The notes under the pieces: generated by a model | The model's input: the letters and a program-made list of their open reading frames with translations, nothing else | Databases searched by the model: none | What the model was told of the DNA's origin: nothing | Position numbers and translations under genes: made by a program | Shown: positions 26,660 to 39,024 of the stretch, piece by piece | Numbering within the stretch: the stretch's first letter is position 1 | How the letters are laid out: every line of letters begins with the position of its first letter | Assembly: GCF_030144855.1 (NCBI RefSeq) | Contig: NC_082722.1 | Coordinates: forward strand, 20,584,001 to 20,648,000 | Direction: 5' to 3' | DNA: 64,000 nt | From: Hypanus sabinus | Lineage: Eukaryota

Positions 26660-27060
26660 ATCTCAGAATCAGAATCAGAATCAGACTTTAATCGCCGTGT
26701 ACCTGTACACATACAAGGAATTTACTTCCGGCAGATGTTGTCTCTCTGCTCATAATAATAATGATAACATAAATGAAAATATAGATTATACATACAAGTA
26801 GTGCAATCCAAGTAATAGTTAGCCGACAGTTAACCGGCAGTTAACTGTTCAGCAAAGTTACCGCAGTAGGGAAAAAACTTCTCCAGTGCCGATTAGTCTT
26901 AGTCTGGAGGGACCTGAAGAGCCTACCAGACGGGAGCAGTTCAAACAGTCCGTGCGCAGGATGGAAGGAGTCCTTTATGATGTTCCCCGCCCTCTTCTTC
27001 AACCTGGAAGAGTACAGGTCCACAATAGAGGGCAGGGAGGCTCCAATACTGCTGTAATTT
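26660..27060 (-). mobile_element. LINE 3' fragment (Rex1/L2-type) with short-repeat tail
   Basis: 26841..27116 'IIKDSFHPAHGLFELLPSGRLFRSLQTKTNRHWRSFFPTAVTLLN'; tail (tcagaa)n at about 26663-26684. Confidence 0.75.
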
Positions 27061-27686
27061 ATAATCCACATCCCAGGTGCCGTTTGGAGGCCTGTAACTG
27101 GAGGCATAACTGCCATTATGGTCCGTTAACCGTTGCCATTTCTTTCCTCAACCCATAGAATCTCCAGACCTTGCAATCCTATGTCATCTCTTTCTAGTGA
27201 TTTAATATGATTTCTTATACATAGAGCCACACCTTCCACTCTGCCTACTAACCTGTCTTTCTGATACAACGCAATTCCTTGGACGGTAGCTTCCAATGGC
27301 CGCCATCGTTTAGCCAAGTTTCGGAGATGAACAGAACGTCGTATTTGCCAATCTGTAGCTGAATTAAACACCTTCCATTTTTTACCTTATGCAGCGTGCA
27401 TACAAATATAACACTTTCAGTCCGGTACTTGTTGCTTTCTGTTTCAGCTGCAACACGCCTGAATTGCCCTGCAACTCACGCCAGTGGCAGTGACAAAGCC
27501 CCATCTACTGCCTGTTTTTTTTTTTTTTCTGTAGTCTCTGTTACACGTTATATTTGATTCATTTCTGTTCTCCCCTTCCTGGACCCTATGTCTCTGGTTT
27601 CCAATCCCCTGCAAAATTAGTTTCAACGCTCTCTAACAGCTCTTTTAAATATGCCCGCTAGGATATTGGACCCTCTGGGTCCAGTT

Positions 27687-30600
27687 TGTCACGGTCCCGA
27701 CCGTTAATTCCCCAGATTCTCCTAATTCCCTTTGATTGCGGCACACCTGATTCTCATTTAAACCCGGAGCATAAATATTCCGGCTTTGTATCCACTCATC
27801 CGTACATCGTTATATTAGCCAGTGCAGCAATTCACGTTCCCTGCCGCTTGTGATTTTGTAATCTAAGTTTTACTTCCGGACCGAGGCTTAGCTGTGTAAA
27901 TCTGTCTCTCCGTGTCAAGATAAATATTACGTGCTGTTTCCTATTCCATTTGCCGTTCAGCTCAGCAATCTACCGTGTCAAGGTTTGCCTGCCGCCTGCC
28001 TTTCTGCTTGCCGTTCAACTCCAGCAACGCTCACGCACTCAGCTGCATCCTAACTCTATCTCCGTGTAGTGCCCTGAGTTTTGGTGCGCCCCGTTCTTTG
28101 CAACAGAACAATATGGCTACCATGGACCCAGAGGACCCAAACACCCTTCAACAACCCCTCGCCGGCCAGGGTTCTCTACTGGGACAGCACGACCACTTCC
28201 TCCAGTAGGTCATGGGGAACCTCCGTTCGCTGTCTGCTCACGTACTCAGATCGGTAACCACATGGAGAGTGTCGCGACTCATTTCACTCAACCCACTCGT
28301 GCCAGACAAGCCAGCCCAGACAGTCTGTAGCAGCAACCCCCCACGTGTCACCAACATCCCCGCCCAGAAAGCGTCACGTACCTGAACCGGAGTACTACAC
28401 GGGAGAATTGGGGAAGTGCCGAGCCTTCCTCCTTCAGTGCTCCCTGGTGTTTGAACAGCAGTCATCAACTTATTCCACAGAGAAGTCAAAGATTGCTGCG
28501 TGGAAGTGCATTAGCGTGGGTTATAGCAGTTTGGGACAACCAACCGGATATCTACGCTTCCTTCGCCACTTTCATCGCGGAAATAAGAAAGATCTCTGAC
28601 CAACCCGTCTGTGGTAAAGACGTCGTCCTGCATCTACTCATTCTCCGCCAGGGCTCCTGCAGTTTTACCGAGTATTCCGTGGAGTTCCGGACGTTAACGA
28701 CCGACTCGGGGTGGAACGATTAGTCACTCCAGCTTTTTTTTGGAATGGACTCAGCGACCTGGTGAAGGAGGATTTGGCGGCAAGAGATGATACTGACAGC
28801 CTGGACTCCCTGATCACCGTAGCCAACAGGTTGAACAATGTCCTCCTGGAACGCCATACAGTAGGAGCTTGTCATCAACCACCTTTGGCTACTTCTCGGC
28901 ATTCATTACTGCCTCCCGCCAGCACAAGCCTCTCTTCTCCTTCTGCACTCCGAGTAGATCCCTGCCCTGCCGTTTCCACCGCCCTGGGCGATAAACCCAT
29001 GTAGCTGGGGCGGAACCGCCTTTCTCCCGCTGAACAACTCCGGAGAATGACAGCGGATGAGTGTCTATGTTGCGGCCAGTCCGGCCACTTCCTTGCCACC
29101 TGCCCCCTTCAGCCAAAAAGGGAAGACTCGCCAGTAGCAGCGAGTATTCTGGTGAAGTAGACTACATACACATCTGCACCCAAACCCGGATGCAGCTTCA
29201 AACCGCTTTTGTGTTAGAACCAACAGCCCTTGTCTCTGTTAGCACTAGTGGACTCTGGCGCAGAGGGGAAATTTTTGTATGAAATCTCAGCCTTCCAAAG
29301 CCTTCCAAGCCGGAATTCCTCGTGAGCCATTGTGCACCCCACTCCCCACCCCCTCCCCCCGAAAGTCCGGTCTCTGGACAGAAGATTCCTGGCCCGGGTC
29401 ACACACTTTATGGAGATCCTGCTTCGCCTTCTCTCCGGAAGCCATCGGGAACAGGTCCGATTCAATCTCTCCTCAAGCCCCTATAGCTCTTGGCCACCAC
29501 TGCTTAAGCCGTCATAACCCCTCCATCGACCTGACCACCAGGAAGACAGTCAGCTGGAGCTCGTTGTGCCATTCCTCTTGTCTGCAATCAGCCCTTTCCC
29601 CAAAGGAAATAACTGCGACCTCGTCCGCCTCTGAGCTCCCTGACTTGTCCAAGGATCCCGTAGAGTATCACGATCTGGGAGAAGTGTTTAGCAAGTATTT
29701 CTCTGCCTCCACACCGCCCTTAAAATTGCGCAATTGTCCTTCTCCCCGGAGCCTCACTACCCACCAGTCGGCTGTACAACCTGTCCCGACCAGAAAGAGA
29801 AGCTATGGAGACGTACGTAAATGACATCCTCGCGGCTGGCATTATCTGCCCCTCAACTTCCCCTGCAGACGAAGCTTTCCTCCTTGTGGGGAAGAAAGAC
29901 AGCTCACTGCGCCCATGTATTGAATACCGTGACCAGAATAGCATCAGCATAAAGATTAAGTCTCCCCTTCCCCTTATCAACTTTGCTTTCGAGCCCCTTC
30001 ACGGTGCCACAATTTTCTCTAAGTTGGACTTGTGGAATGCCTATCACCTGGTCAGCATAAGGGAGTGAGATGAATGGAAAGCAGGTTTTAACAACCCATC
30101 GATCATTTCGAATATCTGGTCATGCCATTCGATCTCACCAATGACCCCGACGTCTTCAACGCTCTGGTAAACGAGTTAAAGTAATAAACTTAGGGAGTTT
30201 ATTAATCGTTTTGTTTTTTATTATTCGGACGACATCCTAATCTTCTGCCGTAATCTTCAGGAGCACACCCATCATGTCCGTCAGGACCTTCAGTGGCTTT
30301 CGAAAACAATCTACAGTATTTGTTAAGGCAGAGAAGTGCTAGTTCCATGTCAGTTCCGTCAGATTCCTGGGGTACACAATTGAAAGCTGGCAGCTGAGTG
30401 CGGATCCCGGAAATATCCGGCCGGTGGCAGAGTGGCCAAAGCACTCGACGCTCAAACATCTCCTGCTACTTCTGGGGTTCGTAAACATCTATCGTCGCTT
30501 CATCAGAGCCTACAACCGGGTGGCAGAACCCCTTACATAGCTCACATCTCCTGCGACCTTCTTCCACCCGTAGCGGACTCAGCATTCTCGGAGTTGAAAA

Positions 30601-32896
30601 GGCGTTTCACCGATCCCATCCTGGTCCAAACTGACCCCCTCGCCATTTCATTCTGGAAGTAGACGCCTCCCACTCTGGTGTGGGAGCTGTCCTCTCTCAA
30701 CGCTCCTGCGCAGACCCAAAGCTGCATTCTTGTGCCTTCTTCTCTCGCCGTCTATACCTCGCCGAAATGAACTACGACGTTGTGGACCGGGAGTTGCTGG
30801 CCGTCAAAGCCGCCATGGAAGAGTGGAGGCAATGGCTGGAGGGAGCAGAACACTCATTCATCGTCTGGACAGACCATAACAACCTGGCATACATCCAGAC
30901 GGGTAGACGCCTTAACTCTCGCCAAGCCCGTTGGGCACTATTTTTTGGCCGTTTCAATTTTACCCTCACCTGTCGTCCCGATTCCAAGAAGGTGAAGCTA
31001 GATGCACTCTCTCCTCAATATGTCTCTGAGGTCGACCCTTCCAACCCTGATACCATCTTTCCACTATCCTGTGCTGTGGCTGCCCTCACCTGGAAAATCA
31101 AATCCATAGTCCAAGAGGCCCACAGGCTCAACGTGACTCAGGCGGTTGACCCCAATCGCCTCTTCGTTCCTGAATCTGTCCGTTCTCAGATTCTCCAATT
31201 GGAGCATACTTCCCGGTTCGCCTGCCATCCTGAAATCGGTCGAACACTTTCCCGTTTGAAGCGACATTTCCCTTGACCTACCATGGATGCTGACACTCGC
31301 TCCTTCGTCTCTGCCTGTACTGTGTGTGCCCGCGGAATTGCCTCCCATCGGCAAGGTGCTGGGCTGCTTCGTCCCCGACCTGTTCCTGACTGCTCTTGGT
31401 CCCATATTTCTCTTGATTTCCTCACTGGACTACCCCCTTTACATGGTAACATTGCTGTACTCACGGTGGTGGACCGGTTCTCCAAAGTGGAGAACTTCAT
31501 AGCCCTTCCCAAACTCCCTACAGCACGTGAAAATGCCGACCTCCTTCTCCAGCATGTCTTCCGCCTTCATGGAATTCCCTCTGACATTGTTGTGACCCAG
31601 GCCCCCAATTCATCTCCAAAGTCTGGAAATCCTTCTGTCAAGCCCTCGGAGCTTCAGTAAGTCTGTCTTCCGGTTCCCATTAACAAACTACCGGTCAACC
31701 GAAGCGAGCAAATCAGGATGTGGAAGCAGCACTGCGCTGCATTTCCGCCAGCAACCCGTCATCCTGGAGCACACACATCACTTGGGTTGAGTACGCTCAC
31801 AACTCCCTGGTTAGCGCCGCCACCGGAATGACTCCATTCAAATGCTCCCTAGGGTATCAACCCCCCTCTGCTTCTTGCCCACGAGGATAACACCCTGCCT
31901 TTAGTTCAGGCACATCTCCGCCGGTGCCGTAGGGCTGGAAGGTTGCACGCTCTGCCCTGCTCCACTCCGCTGACCCCAACCGGAGTATCACCGATCGCCA
32001 CCGAATTCCAGCATCTAACTATCGGCCTGCTCAGAAGGTTTGGCTCTCTTCAAGAGACATCCCCCTCAAAAACGAATCAAAGGAACTCGGCCCTCGTCAT
32101 GTCGGACCATTTGAAATCGGCAGGATCATGAGCCCCTCGGTGATCATCCCACGTTCTACGTCTCCGAACTGAGGCCTGTGTCTGTCAGCCCTTTGTGCCC
32201 TCCTGCTGAACCTCCTCCACCCGCCCGAGTCATCGACGACTACCCAGCTTACGCTGTCCGGCGAATACTGGATGTGCGCTGCCGAGGGACCAGGTGGTCG
32301 ATTGGGAGAGATACGGTCCTGTGGAGCGCACCTGGATCCCTGGCTCGTTCATCTTGGACTCTGTCCTCATCCGAGATTTCCACCGCGACAATTCGGGCAA
32401 GTCTGGTGGTTCTCCTGGAGCCTCCCGTTGAGGTGGGGGGAGGGGTACTATCACGGCCCCGACCCTTAATTCCCAATATGTTCATAATTCCCCTTGACTG
32501 TGGCACACCTGGTTCTCTGTTAAGCCTGCAGCATGAATATCCCGGCTTTGCATCCACTCATCGCCAGATCGTTGTTTTAGCCAGTGTAGTAATTCACGTT
32601 CCCAGCCGCTTAGAATTGTGCATTTTAAGTTTTACTTCCGTACCGAGGCTTACCTGTGTAACTCTGTCTCTCCCTGTCAAGGTAAGTACTGCCTGCCGTT
32701 TTCCTTTCTATTTGCCTTTCAGCTCAGCAACGCTCCGTGTCGAGGTAAGTGTTACCTGCCGCCTGCCTTTCTGATTGCCGTTCAACTCCAGCAACGCTAC
32801 GTATCAAGTTCCAGCCATACTCACGCACTCTTCTGCATCTTAACTCCCTCTCCGTGACAGTGTCCTGCGTTTGTGTTCGCTCCATTCGTTGAAACA
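27687..32896 (+). mobile_element. Gypsy chromovirus-type LTR retrotransposon, both LTRs present, decayed
   Basis: 5' LTR 27687-28105 (TGTCAC...CAACA). gag ATG at 28122 ('[27 protein letters not shown]', CCHC-like near 29060-29105). RT ('[13 protein letters not shown]...[17 protein letters not shown]'), RNase H ('MGAVLSQR...NYDVVDRELLAVKAAMEEWRQWLEG'), integrase ('[13 protein letters not shown]'), chromodomain remnant ('[10 protein letters not shown]'). Polypurine tract at 32430-32446, then 3' LTR 32449-32896. Confidence 0.93.
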
Positions 32897-35259
32897 CCCG
32901 TTTAATCCGTCCTCTTTGTTTTGGTCGTACCTCCCCCAGAAAAGTCCCAATAATTCAGGAATCTGAAGCCCTGCCCCCTCCACCAGTTTCTCAGCCACAC
33001 AATTATACGCCTGATCATGCTATTCTTGTTAGCACGTGGCTCAAGCAGCAATCCTAATATTACTACCTTCGAGGCCCTGCTTTTCAGCTCTCTACCTAAT
33101 TTCCTGGATTCTCTCTTCAGGACTTCCTCACTTTTTCTGCCTATGCCATTGGTACCAACGTGTACCAGGACACCTGGCTGTTCGCTCCTTCCCTTCATAA
33201 TAATCTGCACTGAATCGGAGACACCCCGTACCCCGGCACCTGGCAAACAACACACCCGGCTGACACCTCTATCAGGCTGACAGAGCCTCCTCTCTGTTCG
33301 CCTCACTTTGGAATCCTCTAAGACTACCGTATTCGTCATGTTCCTCTTTCTTTTCTGCACCACGGAACAAGGCTCACTGCCACAGACCCGGTTTCCGTTG
33401 TCGTCCTCTTTCAGGTCATCCCCCCAACAGCTTCCAAATCGAGATAACGATTGCTGAAGGACATGGCCACAGGGGTGTTCTCTGCTATCTCAGCACTTTC
33501 CCTCGCTTCCCTGACCGTCACCCACTTATCTAATTCCTGCTGCTTCGGGGTGACTAACACCCTATAGCTCCTCTCTATCTTATGTTCATTCTCACTAATA
33601 AGTTACAGGTCATCAGGGCCGCACCTCCGGATCGTTAACACGGTCTATCAAGCGCTGCTTCTAGGTGCACCTGGCAAACATTGCCACAATCTAGGAGACA
33701 GGAAAATTCTCGGCATTCCCACGTCTGACACCCAGAGCAAACTACTAACCCTACCAACATCCTCTCTATTCCTCAAAGAAATGCAAAGAAAAAAATCAAA
33801 AACGGAATCCATCTACCCACTTACCTCGCAGAAGCCTGGACGAGCCAAAGCCTGTCGCTTCGATTCTCGCCACTGGCCTATTCCAGACAATGGCCTCTCC
33901 GCTTATCGATTCTGTACGTTTAGTTAGTCCGCCAAGCTATGTTGCGGCCGTTGATAGGCCCCGCAATATGCACTAATGCCCGGGAAGCTCCCGTTTTAAG
34001 CAATCAATGCGATCCTTAAGCAAGAATTTACTACCAGAGCATTGAAAATTGGCTAATGTGCATTCGTTTAATAAGGCCCGCAAGTATAGATGGCGAGCTA
34101 AAACTCGGTGCTGGGAAAGATCCCGGAATGAAGGACAGATGTTTCACAATTCGGAAAGTCAAAGAGTGCAAACGTGACCGTCATCATGGATTTCTCTAGG
34201 AAATCTTCACTCACAAACTTGATTCAGTTGCTTTCAAGAGACTGATCAGAAAATTGTTGAGGGCGGGTCTGTAGACTGTATCTTAATTGAATTTTGCTTG
34301 GTCCCGTATAACAGTCCAGTTTAGAATGATGGGCGACATGGAAGCTAGAGTAAGCCAGCCAAATGAACACAAGAACACAAAATGGTTTCCTAGAGGAATT
34401 AGACGGTCATCGTGAAGATTTGAATCCAAGAGTAAAGGTTTGCAATTGGTGATGTACTGAAGAGGTAGGTCCTGGTTCCAGTATTGCTTGACTTCTCTGA
34501 AATATTTAGTTAATAGTATTTTTAAGTTGTTAATGAATTTCAGGATGCACTGCATTAGTGATATACCAGAGTGAAAGTTAACTAAGTCGAGGAACTGGAA
34601 AAGTGGGCCAAGCAATTGCAGAGACATTTGCAAAGTGTTGCACATTCGTTAGTTAAACTCGGGCAGGACTTGCGCAATAGATTGCACTGGGCGTTGAAGC
34701 AGAATACGGAGACGGAGAGGTACAGGCACGTTCATCTGTAAAATTGTCTGCAGAGGTGGACAGGCTGGTAAAAAAGTTCTTCGTCACAATTGAATCGACA
34801 GTTCGGAATCAGAGTCATGATCAGAACCAGGTTTATTATCACCGGCATATGTCGTGAAATTTGTGAACTTCGCTTCCGCAGTACCATGCAGTACATAATA
34901 TAGAGAAAGAAAAATAAACAAACAAATAAATAAATCTATTGGTGTACCCGTATATTAAATAGATTAAAACCGTGCAAATAAAGAAGTACGGTAATATATA
35001 TTTTAAAAGTGGTAGCATTCACGGTTTCAACGTTCAATTAAGAATCGGATGGCAGAGGGGGTGAAACTGTCCTGGAATCGTTGAATGTGTGTCCTCAGGC
35101 TTCTGTACCTCCTACCTGATCGTAGCAAACGGAAAGGGGGCATGTCTTGGGTGCTGCAGATCCTTAATATTGGACACTGCCTTTCTGAGACACCTCTCCT
35201 TGAAGATGTTCTGTGTACTGTGTAGGCTAGTACCCAAGAAATTTTATAAGAAATTTAAG

Positions 35260-36187
35260 GATAATCTCATACCGGTCCTTCTAGAAGTGTTTCAGGAATC
35301 TTTGGAGAACGGCTCGTTACCCCTTAATCTTACACAGGCATCTATTTCACTTCTCTTTAAATAGGACAATGACCCGATTAAACGTGGATCAAAACGCCCC
35401 ACCTCGCTTTTGAATGTCGATGTGAAAATTTTGGCTAAAGAGTTTGCGTGCTGTTTAGCATGCCCCGTTCCGAAGATAATCTCAGTTGATCAAACAGGTT
35501 TTTATTAAAAATCGCCATTCATTTTTTTAAAAATCCGTTCACTGGCTGATGTGGTTGATTCACCCAGTAATTCTCCGAGTCCGGAGGTTGTTATCTCCTT
35601 GGACGCTGAGAAGGCGTTCGATAAAGTAGAGTGGGTATACTTGTTTAGTGTTTTGGAGAAATTGGGAGTTGGCAGAATAATTGTAGCCTGGGTAAAGCTG
35701 TTATATCACTGGCCTTTAGCGTGTATACAGACGAATTATTCTCGATCTGACTATTTTCCATTAACACGTGGCACTCACTAAGGCTGCCCATTGTCCGCTG
35801 TTCTCTTTGCAATTGTGATTGAGCCTCTTTCTATAGCTACTACATTATTTCAAGGTGTTAGGAAAGGGGACATGGAACACCGTGTATCACTATATGCTGA
35901 TGACCTTTTACTTTATCTTAGCGTCCCTGTAGGTAGCAGTCCTGCTATTGTGTCATTATTAGGTCAATTTGGAGCCTTCGCTGGCTGAAAACTGAACCTT
36001 CAAAAAAGCAAATGTTTTCCCATTATTAACTTGGGCCTACTGATCTAACAGGAATCTTTGCCTTTTCCTTTATCTCAATATGGTTTTGTATACCAAGGAA
36101 TACACGTCAATCGCTCCTTTACATCTCTGTTTGAAGCTAACTACAGGCCACAGGTTAGCCAAATGAAGGCTCATTTTGAGAGATGGG
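35260..36187 (+). mobile_element. L1-clade RT fragment, fused directly to the ERV 5' LTR remnant
   Basis: 'FYKKFKDNLIPVLLEVF', 'VVISLDAEKAFDKVEW', 'HRVSLYADDLLLYL', ending '...KAHFERW' at about 36187. Confidence 0.85.
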
Positions 36188-36606
36188 TGCTACATGTGTT
36201 TGGCTCGCTCTCGAGGGACCACCCTGCTTCACACCAGGCTGAAGACAGCAGAACAGCGCTGGAAACACGTGGTAAGATGTGCATTGAATAGGGTTGTGGG
36301 AGCGTTTATTGGTGTCCCTTTAGTAATGAGCCGTGCCTGCCCCTGGTCGAGGCTGTTAGGTATTGTCGTTACTTTTCCCTTGCTTGGATGTGTACCTGTA
36401 TCCGTCCTCACACCGTTGTCCCGTGTATTGTACTGCGGACATGACTTTTCCCACGCTCGTATATTCTTAGCAGGTTTGTACGAATATTGTAGCCGATTGT
36501 GCTGTTCCCAAGCTTTTTCTTCCCTTGTAAATAAACTTATTATTAAAACTGTGTGTCCAGAGCTCTAGCCCATGAGACCCAAAGAATCTTTCTCATTTCC
36601 ATCACA
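36188..36606 (+). repeat. ERV 5' LTR (U3 missing upstream of the TATA-equivalent position)
   Basis: Matches 44977-45413 ('ttggctcgctc', 'gaagac(a/t)gcagaacagcgctgga', 'cccttgtaaataaac', 'atcaca'). Followed by TGGTGCTGTCAGCTGGG at 36612-36628 (PBS-like; tRNA not assigned). Confidence 0.85.
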
Positions 36607-36666
36607 ACATGTGGTGCTGTCAGCTGGGTCTAATAAAACTTGGCTGGACACAGAGCACAGGGAAGA

Positions 36667-38224
36667 ATGTTCTTGAACAAGGGGAAGAAAGCAAGTGCAG
36701 GCAACAAGAATAAGGTCACTGGGAGGACAGATGAAAGGGAGGGGAATGAGAGTCTGGCCAGCATGCTGGCAGACCACAGGAAACCGGTGGACGGGTCTGA
36801 GCAGTTAGACCCCGCGGCGAGAAGCTGGGCCACCACGTGCTCTCCCTGCTTAAGGAATCAAGCTTCCCCAAAGCCAGGTCGAGACAAAGGGGTGCCTTCT
36901 GGTTGTTTGCGTCCCTGCTGAGACGCCAGGTCAGAATTATCGACCACGTTGAGCACTTATGTCGTCAGAAGTACAAGGAGCTAGAAGAGCTCCGGCAGCG
37001 CTGCTGCACGCTGCGGGATGCAGCACATACTGCCCAGACCCGAGCCAAGGAGATCGAGGTCAGGAGAACTGAGGTCGCCTGCATGCTCATACAGCTGCAG
37101 CAGGCGCGGGCAGCCCGTAGGTCTGACTGGCAGCCTGACCCGCTAAAGATTCGAGTCCTGGTCCAGCGCGGCGACAAGCTGGACGCGTGGCTGGGGGATG
37201 GGGACAACTGGCTGAATAGCAACGATAAGGGGGAGACCGAGGAGCCTAGGTCTCACAAAGGCCCTTCCCCCTTCTCACCCGAGCTCCAACCTCCTCCACG
37301 CAGGGAGGAAGGGGATGAGGGGCACCCGCCCAGACCTACCCCTGTCCCTCGGAGACCACGGAGACCCAGGATTTCTCCCTCAAGGAGCTGACCCAACTGC
37401 CGGATCGGCACCGCTAACGACCAGGCGAGCACCCGGCATAAGAAATGTGCTGCAGGCGCCAGAAACAGGAGTCCGTGTCGACACTACCCTGTGGGATCGG
37501 GTAGCGACCGCTGTAAGAGACCGATATCCCCTCTTTCTGGAGTGGGATCTATACGGGCGCCCGCAATGGGGTACGATCAGTGAGGGCACCCGGGTTATCA
37601 GGGAATGGGCACTGGTCAACGTTATACGCCAGGGTGCTTGCGACCGCAACTTCCCCCAAGACACACGAGTGACCGGTGCCCTAGCAGGATACCTGATCAA
37701 TACCGCGCGCCCCGACCTGAAGTCGGTAATCCTGCCCCTCATGGCACGAGCCAGCGGTAGGACCGTACGGGATGCCATCACCCTCCTGGTAGGATTGGGG
37801 CAAGATGGGGGCAACCACCCCAGGTCCGCAAGACTGAGGCAAGGGCTCCAAACACTACCCCTCCACGCTTTACTCGCTGGCAGATGTACACAGACCTGCT
37901 GCATGTAGGGACCGTGACAGCATAGATGGCATCCCCATCGTCAACCTATATATCCTGTGGAAGGAGCTTTGCAGGGGCAAAACTAGCCACACTAAGACCA
38001 CCATCTGCCCAGCAAACGCAGGGGACGCCCTCAGGCCCCAAACAGCTAAGACTAGACCATGGCCACACCAACCCACCCTCTGCTCCTCCCTTACCTGAAA
38101 CTGCCTCGCCTGCCTTCAAGGCAGCACTTAGGGAATTGCTGAGACAGGAAATGTCCCACCTCCACCAGCAAGGCGCCTCACCACAGGGATGGAAGACCTT
38201 TACCCAACCCCCCCCATCCCATAG
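36667..38224 (+). pseudogene. gag: ERV gag (frameshifted)
   Basis: Coiled-coil segment and 'WQPDPLKIRVLV'; proline-rich linker; C-terminal 'QMYTDLLHVG...IDGIPIVNLYILWKEL'; no Cys-His box seen; TAG at 38222-38224 is in frame with the protease. Confidence 0.7.
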
Positions 38225-39024
38225 GATGAAGGCCAGGGCCCCCGGCGCATTTGCTCTCTCGCCCTCTTCCATCCGGGGGACCTGTAGCCACATATACCTG
38301 TCGTAGTATATTGGGGAAAGGGAAGCTCGCAGAGGGGGATGGCACTTGTCGATACAGGTGCCCAACACACAATCATCCCAGGCAATCCCGCCGTATGGAG
38401 GGGCACCGACATGCAAATCGAGGGGTTGGCGGTTCCGTTTTGCCCGACAGGGAGGTCACACTTCACCTAGCCATAGGCAACAATCCCCCCCCTCCCCCCG
38501 ACCTGTACAAGACCTTATTACCTCTTCTCCGGAATGTTATCCTCGGAGTCAATGTTTTAAAGGGACAGTCCCTTCAAACAAACAGGGCCTAGTTCACCTT
38601 CGGCATCGCGCGAACCACTTTTTCGTTGGGGCGGCTAAGCTAGAGCCCATTCTGGTCCCTCCCTCCAAAGTCATCTGCAACCGTCAGTACAGGGTACCAG
38701 GGGGACACCAAGAAATCACGGGCTCGATTCAAGCCCTACTGCGAGAGGGAGTTATTAGACCCACAGCTTCCTCTTTCAACAGCCCCGTTTGGCCCGTCCG
38801 CAAAAAGTGCGGCTCCCGGCGGATAACCGTTGATTACAGGAACTTAAACAAGGTTGCACCCCCCGCTCCCCCCGCCCCCTCGCCACCGTTGTACCCGAAA
38901 TTTTCACCCGCATTGAGGACATCTCAGGACATCCACATAAACTCTGGTATGTGGTTGATGACCTCGCTAATGCATTTTCTCTGCCCCCTGCATCAGGATA
39001 GCCAGGACCAATTTGGGATGGCAG

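Larger units (their letters stand above)
25440..33990 (-). mobile_element. CR1 LINE, split by a nested Gypsy and a Rex1/L2-type 3' fragment
   Basis: ORF1 esterase 32902..33363 ('VVLEDSKVRRTERRLC...VCCLPGAGVRGVSD...LVHVGTNGIG'); APE 27126..27371 and 26028..26360 ('KGNYNGMRWEL'). The sequence is continuous across the Gypsy insertion (gggtccagtt | cccgtttaatccgtcc). Confidence 0.8.

Noticed and set aside
36837-38592. Numerous overlapping and antisense ORFs in the GC-rich ERV gag region as accessory genes
   Set aside because: Expected from high GC content and frameshifted gag; none shows independent motifs.
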